From an uncultured archaeon (GTDB lineage: Archaea > Aenigmatarchaeota > Aenigmatarchaeia > QMZP01), in NCBI GenBank assembly GCA_964555875.1, contig CAZKUD010000002.1, positions 1 through 59,609 on the forward strand: DNA of 59,609 bases. The letters run 5' to 3'. The translations under genes were made by a program, and so were the position numbers. The notes under the pieces were generated by a model, which ran no database searches, had not been told where the DNA came from, and saw nothing but the letters and a program-made list of their open reading frames with translations. This document shows, one piece after another, positions 55,178 to 59,609 of the stretch; position 1 is the stretch's first letter; each line of letters begins with the position of its first letter.

Positions 55178-56986
55178 ATGGCAACGACATACACCGGAGT
55201 CGATTATGCAAGGGCCTGGGGAAGGGCCTTGCTGGGGATAATCATATTCATATTGGTCTGGATAAACTTCAGTTTCGACATAGCCCTGGTGGCTGCTGCA
55301 GCCCTGGTCTTCATCCCAATCCCGGCAGAGGGGGGCGACAGGTACGTCAACATGGGCCTAACCGTGGTGCTCATGGGGATGGTCCTTTTCATGACACGCT
55401 CCATGCTTGGCCTGAGTTTCAGTATTGAAACCGGCCTGGGGACAGGGCTTTTCATCACCGCAATAGTTCTTGCCGGCATCAGGATCGGCTGGGGGATAAA
55501 GAAGAGCGCCGATGACGCACCTATCATTGCGGGAGGCGGCACACCGCCCGAGCCCCCCAAAACATGGCTGTTTATCACAGTATCCTCGGTCATATTAATC
55601 ATCGCATCCATACTGTTCCTGCAGCCCTGGACATGGCCCTTCGGGACCATCATATTCATAACAGCCTGGGTGATAGCCATGATAGGCGGGATGGGCGGCT
55701 CTGCCACAGGGAACTGGTCCACCAAGGCGGGGACAGGTCTCGTGCTTTTCCTGGTGGTCTTCGTCATATATGCGGGAGGCGTCGGCACCCAGGAAGTGGG
55801 TTCCGCGTTCTTCGGGCAGCTGTGGCCCCAGGTGTACACAATGGGCAGCCAGTTTCTGGAGCCGATAATGGGCATATCAGGCCAACTGCAGTCCCAGCTG
55901 GGAGGGGGGCTCGAGATGCTCACCAACCCGACAGCCTTCGCGCAGCGCATAATGAACGGCTCTTACCAGAAGGACCCGAATACCGGGCTTGCAGGGGCGT
56001 ACGGGGTGGAGATAGATGAGATGCGTGTGACGCCTATCCATGTCCTCCAGCCGTACCAGGTGATACTCAAGCTCAACAACAAGGGGGCGTACGACGCGAG
56101 CGATATAGTGGTCACCCTGATGCCAGGAGAGAAGGCCCCCAAGGGCATAACAATGGAAAAGATCGGCATGGGTGAGGATCCCTCCAGGATTGTAAATGAC
56201 ATGATGAAGGGCTCCATAGAGCAGGTTATAATGGCCTCTGGCCTGGACGGGGTCGACTGCGGCGCCTACAAGACATACAATCTCTACGAGAAGTCACTCC
56301 CGATAGACGCCAACATAACCTACAGGTATTCCATAGACTCCTCGCTGGAGCTGGAGTTCATAAGCAGGAACGAGTGGGACAGGCTGGTCTCTGAGGGAGA
56401 GGCAATCACCACCAGGAAGAAGGCGGCCACGCTCAAGAACTCCCCCGCCCAGCTGAACATAGACACCTTGGAACAGCCCATAAGGGAAGGGACACCCCAC
56501 TTCATAGGGCTCACGCTAACGCCTAGCCAGAAGGGAGGGGAAGTGACCGGAGCTTCGATACACCTGGAGATGCCCAAGACCCTGATAGAGGATGCGTTCG
56601 AAAGCGAAAAGGGAGATAGCCCAAGGGAAGAGATAATCACCTGCACGCCACAGAAGGGCGGGGAGGAGCCTGTTTATGACTATAAATCAAAGGCAGACTC
56701 CGTCATAATAAAATGGAATGAACCGCCGGCAGGAAACACCGTATACTGCAGGCTGACAGGATACAGGACCGGGGATCTCCAGATGGAAGTTCCCACCCAG
56801 ACCCTTCTGGTACAGGCCAGAGCCAACTTCACGTTCTCCAACAAGAAGAGCATCCTCACGAAGGCCACGGTCGTCGGTGGCTGCTGCAGGGACGGGGACT
56901 GCGGGGAGGGGAAGGAGTGCACAGGAGAATCCGATGACACGCTTGGCATCTGTGCAACAAAGGCAAGCGCTCCCGCCTCTTCCTAA
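55178..56986 (+). CDS. Multi-TM membrane protein with large C-terminal extracytoplasmic domain
   Basis: About 6 TMs in the first 220 aa, then Ig-like sequence and a terminal Cys-rich motif. Confidence 0.85.
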   Translation: MATTYTGVDYARAWGRALLGIIIFILVWINFSFDIALVAAAALVFIPIPAEGGDRYVNMGLTVVLMGMVLFMTRSMLGLSFSIETGLGTGLFITAIVLAGIRIGWGIKKSADDAPIIAGGGTPPEPPKTWLFITVSSVILIIASILFLQPWTWPFGTIIFITAWVIAMIGGMGGSATGNWSTKAGTGLVLFLVVFVIYAGGVGTQEVGSAFFGQLWPQVYTMGSQFLEPIMGISGQLQSQLGGGLEMLTNPTAFAQRIMNGSYQKDPNTGLAGAYGVEIDEMRVTPIHVLQPYQVILKLNNKGAYDASDIVVTLMPGEKAPKGITMEKIGMGEDPSRIVNDMMKGSIEQVIMASGLDGVDCGAYKTYNLYEKSLPIDANITYRYSIDSSLELEFISRNEWDRLVSEGEAITTRKKAATLKNSPAQLNIDTLEQPIREGTPHFIGLTLTPSQKGGEVTGASIHLEMPKTLIEDAFESEKGDSPREEIITCTPQKGGEEPVYDYKSKADSVIIKWNEPPAGNTVYCRLTGYRTGDLQMEVPTQTLLVQARANFTFSNKKSILTKATVVGGCCRDGDCGEGKECTGESDDTLGICATKASAPASS

Positions 56987-56987
56987 A

Positions 56988-59360
56988 TCAGAACCTTCGC
57001 CTGATGGCATTCCGCCTGTCATGGGACTGCCTGGGCTTCTCCACTGCCTGGCCGTGGTTCTTCCTCGTCCAGGGTCTGCTTTCACCGGCAAATGATGTCA
57101 TTCCTCCAGGAGATGCTGAATCAGATTCATCTGAAGCGCCGCCGGTAATCCAGTCAATTATGTAGCTCAGGGTTTTGACGTGGTATCCAGCCTTGTCCCT
57201 GTGAGGCCGGTACCCTTCCATCCTTGCCCTGTTCCTGCTGAGCTTGAATACGTCTCCGGGTTCCGGTGCACGTGTCAGGCCCCTCATCTCGAACTGCAGC
57301 CTGCCGTTCCATCTCCTTTCATCATCTGGAAGGTCTATGTCCTCATCGTTTATGTCCCGTGACGTGACAAGGAAGACCTCATATTCACCCTCAACCTTCT
57401 TGACGCTCTCCGCGGCAAACAGGTTCTCGTAAATCCCTATGTCCTTTGGGTCCCTTTCCCTGGAGGCCAAGTAGTCGATCAGCATGTAAGCGCCCGTGAC
57501 AAGACCGAAAGCTGCGGCCACTCCCCCGATTCCCAGGCCCACCTTGCCTGCCTTGCTCAGGGAGGACGCAGCCGGAGGAACTGCAGGAGGCATAACACCG
57601 CCTGCCCATTCCTCCACCTTTTCCCTGACAGCACGGTCTTCGTCATCGACTAAAAGCTCCCTGGCATAATCCTTAACATCACCACGCGCCAAATCCCTTC
57701 CGTCTCTGCCGTCACGGCCGTCCCTTCCGTCTGTACCGTCCCTTCCGTCTGTACCGTCTCTGCCATCTGTACCGTCCCTTCCGTCTGTACCGTCCCTTCC
57801 GTCTGTACCGTCTCTGCCATCTGTACCGTCCCTTCCGTCTGTACCGTCCCTTCCGTCGCGGCCAGGTACTCCGGGTACGCCCCTTTCTCCCTTCAGGTTA
57901 GTGTAATCTTCCCAGGAGCCGTCAGGGTTCTGGAACCTCAGGCTTGTCCCGTCCCATTCGTGTGCAGGTGACTGGCCTGGTTCTCCGTCACGGCCGTCTG
58001 CACCGTCGTTGCCGTCCCTTCCGTTTCTGCCGTCACGGCCGTCCCTTCCGTCTGCGCCTGGAGGTCCCCTTTCACCTGGTGCTCCGTCACGGCCCCTCAG
58101 GTTCTTGGTTCTGATTACCCTTTCGACTGCACTATCGAACTCTTCGCCTTCCATGAGCTGCTGGAAGTATCCTGAGAGCAGGTCCAGGGCCTCTTCGCCT
58201 CCCAGAGCACTAAGGAAGTATCCTGAAAGCAGGTCCAGGGCCTCTTCGCCTCCCAGAGCATTGAGGAAGTATCCTGAAAGCAGGTCCAGGGCCTCTTCGC
58301 CTCCCAGAGCATTGAGGAAGTATCCTGAAAGCAGGTCTGAAGCCTCTTCACTTCCGAGACCATCATCACTTATGAGCACATCCTTGAATATCCTTCTGAC
58401 TGCCGCTTCCACATCTTCATCCTCGACTCCGGCACCGTCGCGGCCAGGAGGTCCTGCCGGGCCTGGTTCTCCTTGTTCTCCCTTAAGGTCAGCGTAATCT
58501 CCCCAGGAGCCGTCAGGGTTCTGGAACCTCAGGCCTGTGCCATCCCATTCGTGTGCAGGTGACTGGCCTGGTTCTCCGTCTGCACCAGGAGGTCCTGCCG
58601 GGCCTGGTACACCATCCGCGCCTCTCTCGCCTGGTTCTCCGTCTGCACCAGGAGGTCCTGCCGGGCCTGGTTCTCCCTGTTCTCCCTTCGGGAGTTCCAG
58701 TCCTGAAACCTTCTCGTTAAGGTAATTCTCAAGCTCTGTCCTGGTTGCAGCCATGTCCTCTTCCTTTATGCCTGCTTCACTTATGGCACTAGTCATCTCA
58801 CTTCTAAGGGCACCCTTCAGGCCGCTTATCTCGGTCTCTACAAGGTTCTTTGTCTCGTTGGCTATCGCCTGGAACACCGGAACAAGCTCCTCCTTGGTGA
58901 GATATATCCCGGTCTCGGCCAGCCTCTCCTGGACATAAGCGAGCTCCTCCTGCATGTACTTTGCGCATGTCTTCACCATCCTCTCCATCTTGAAGGCGGT
59001 GTGGACCCTCTCCAGCTCATGGAAAGCTTCCTGGACCATGTAAGAGGAGATGCGGCCCTCGATGGGCCTTCCCGTGTCAGGGTCCTTGCCGTCCAGCAGG
59101 CTGGATATGTAATGGGAGGTCGTTCTGATTTTCTCTGCCTCTTCAGGCCTGGTCTTGCCGTCCTCTATGAGTTGCTTCATCAGCTCATTGAGCCTGTTCC
59201 TGCGCACCGCTATCCTCGGGTTGGTCACCTTCCCTCCATCAGGGAAGTAGCGCCCGAGTATGCCCTCTATCACCGGGTCCAGGTAATTCCCCAGGTTGAC
59301 CGGATTGCCGTGGCTGGTAGGGTTCCCTTCACTTCCAGGATTTTCCGTGTATGAGGCCAT
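56988..59360 (-). CDS. Collagen-like (Gly-X-Y) membrane protein
   Basis: Several Gly-X-Y tracts, duplicated [16 protein letters not shown] module, 17-aa tandem repeat, single TM near the C-terminus; start ATG 59360 or GTG 59369. Confidence 0.9.
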   Translation of the reverse strand: MASYTENPGSEGNPTSHGNPVNLGNYLDPVIEGILGRYFPDGGKVTNPRIAVRRNRLNELMKQLIEDGKTRPEEAEKIRTTSHYISSLLDGKDPDTGRPIEGRISSYMVQEAFHELERVHTAFKMERMVKTCAKYMQEELAYVQERLAETGIYLTKEELVPVFQAIANETKNLVETEISGLKGALRSEMTSAISEAGIKEEDMAATRTELENYLNEKVSGLELPKGEQGEPGPAGPPGADGEPGERGADGVPGPAGPPGADGEPGQSPAHEWDGTGLRFQNPDGSWGDYADLKGEQGEPGPAGPPGRDGAGVEDEDVEAAVRRIFKDVLISDDGLGSEEASDLLSGYFLNALGGEEALDLLSGYFLNALGGEEALDLLSGYFLSALGGEEALDLLSGYFQQLMEGEEFDSAVERVIRTKNLRGRDGAPGERGPPGADGRDGRDGRNGRDGNDGADGRDGEPGQSPAHEWDGTSLRFQNPDGSWEDYTNLKGERGVPGVPGRDGRDGTDGRDGTDGRDGTDGRDGTDGRDGTDGRDGTDGRDGTDGRDGRDGRDGRDLARGDVKDYARELLVDDEDRAVREKVEEWAGGVMPPAVPPAASSLSKAGKVGLGIGGVAAAFGLVTGAYMLIDYLASRERDPKDIGIYENLFAAESVKKVEGEYEVFLVTSRDINDEDIDLPDDERRWNGRLQFEMRGLTRAPEPGDVFKLSRNRARMEGYRPHRDKAGYHVKTLSYIIDWITGGASDESDSASPGGMTSFAGESRPWTRKNHGQAVEKPRQSHDRRNAIRRRF
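57718..57857. repeat. 18-bp VNTR (GTDGRD x7) with higher-order AAB-AAB-A pattern
   Basis: A=ccgtcccttccgtctgta, B=ccgtctctgccatctgta. Confidence 0.92.
58164..58349. repeat. 51-bp tandem repeat (about 3.6 copies, [17 protein letters not shown])
   Basis: gaagtatcctga starts at 58164, 58215, 58266, 58317. Confidence 0.95.
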
Positions 59361-59486
59361 ATTCCACACCGTTTCCTGCCTGGGAATAGCCCAGACTGAT
59401 GCTTATATATAGGCCGAAAGCTTTATAAAGGTATCGGGTTTTGTCACTTATTAATAGTTAATATTGCCCTATTAGCCCTTTAGTCG

Positions 59487-59609
59487 CTACAGCAGTCCGC
59501 GCTCACTCATGTATTTCTCGAAGAAGTCCCTCATCCTTTCCTTCACTGTCTTCCCTGTCCCGGGCCCCTGCTCCGGTGCGGGGGCTGCTTCTGGTGCGGG
59601 CACAGGAGG
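59487..59609 (-). CDS. 3' end of a gene entering from beyond the window
   Basis: PPVPAPEAAPAPEQGPGTGKTVKERMRDFFEKYMSERGLL*. Confidence 0.75.
   Translation of the reverse strand, partial: PPVPAPEAAPAPEQGPGTGKTVKERMRDFFEKYMSERGLL

Noticed and set aside
58164-58349. 51-bp repeats as a CRISPR array
   Set aside because: Head-to-tail with no unique spacers, in frame within a CDS, no cas genes.

Overview
Archaeal chromosomal window, about 55-60% GC in coding DNA with heavy AGG/ATA codon use. It carries radA, pelota, a Trm5-family methyltransferase, class III signal-peptide pilin-like genes and stand-alone receivers. The giant Cys-rich, sequon-rich surface proteins suggest a DPANN-like lineage, which is inference only. 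From left to right: (1) two very large surface-protein genes with near-identical internal DNA duplications, flanking radA and a DUF4405/encapsulated-ferritin-like pair; (2) an ABC-2 exporter, a P-loop kinase and a rhomboid with tiny coupled ORFs; (3) an 11-kb signalling island with two receivers, an active and a degenerate KaiC-like protein, a 4xPAS protein lacking a kinase, a membrane histidine kinase, Lrp, a CHASE2 adenylate cyclase and FecR; (4) a purine cluster purB/purC-purE/purQ-purL-purN-purD; (5) a CPA2 antiporter, a PRC-barrel gene, and a low-GC toxin-antitoxin islet bracketed by a duplicated 3' end of an AAA+/wHTH ATPase gene, whose upstream intergenic region holds about 16 GTGAAG-type motifs, several phased at 11 bp (best candidate for an undescribed origin/partition system); (6) housekeeping genes thpR, tldD, pmbA, Trm5 family, radical SAM, tRNA-Thr(UGU), MBL, PHP-less PolX, cyclophilin, Csp, EndoIII-like and pelota; (7) membrane proteins including a 790-aa collagen-like protein with VNTRs. 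No CRISPR array, integrase or transposase was recognised. All assignments come from reading the sequence; no database searches were run.
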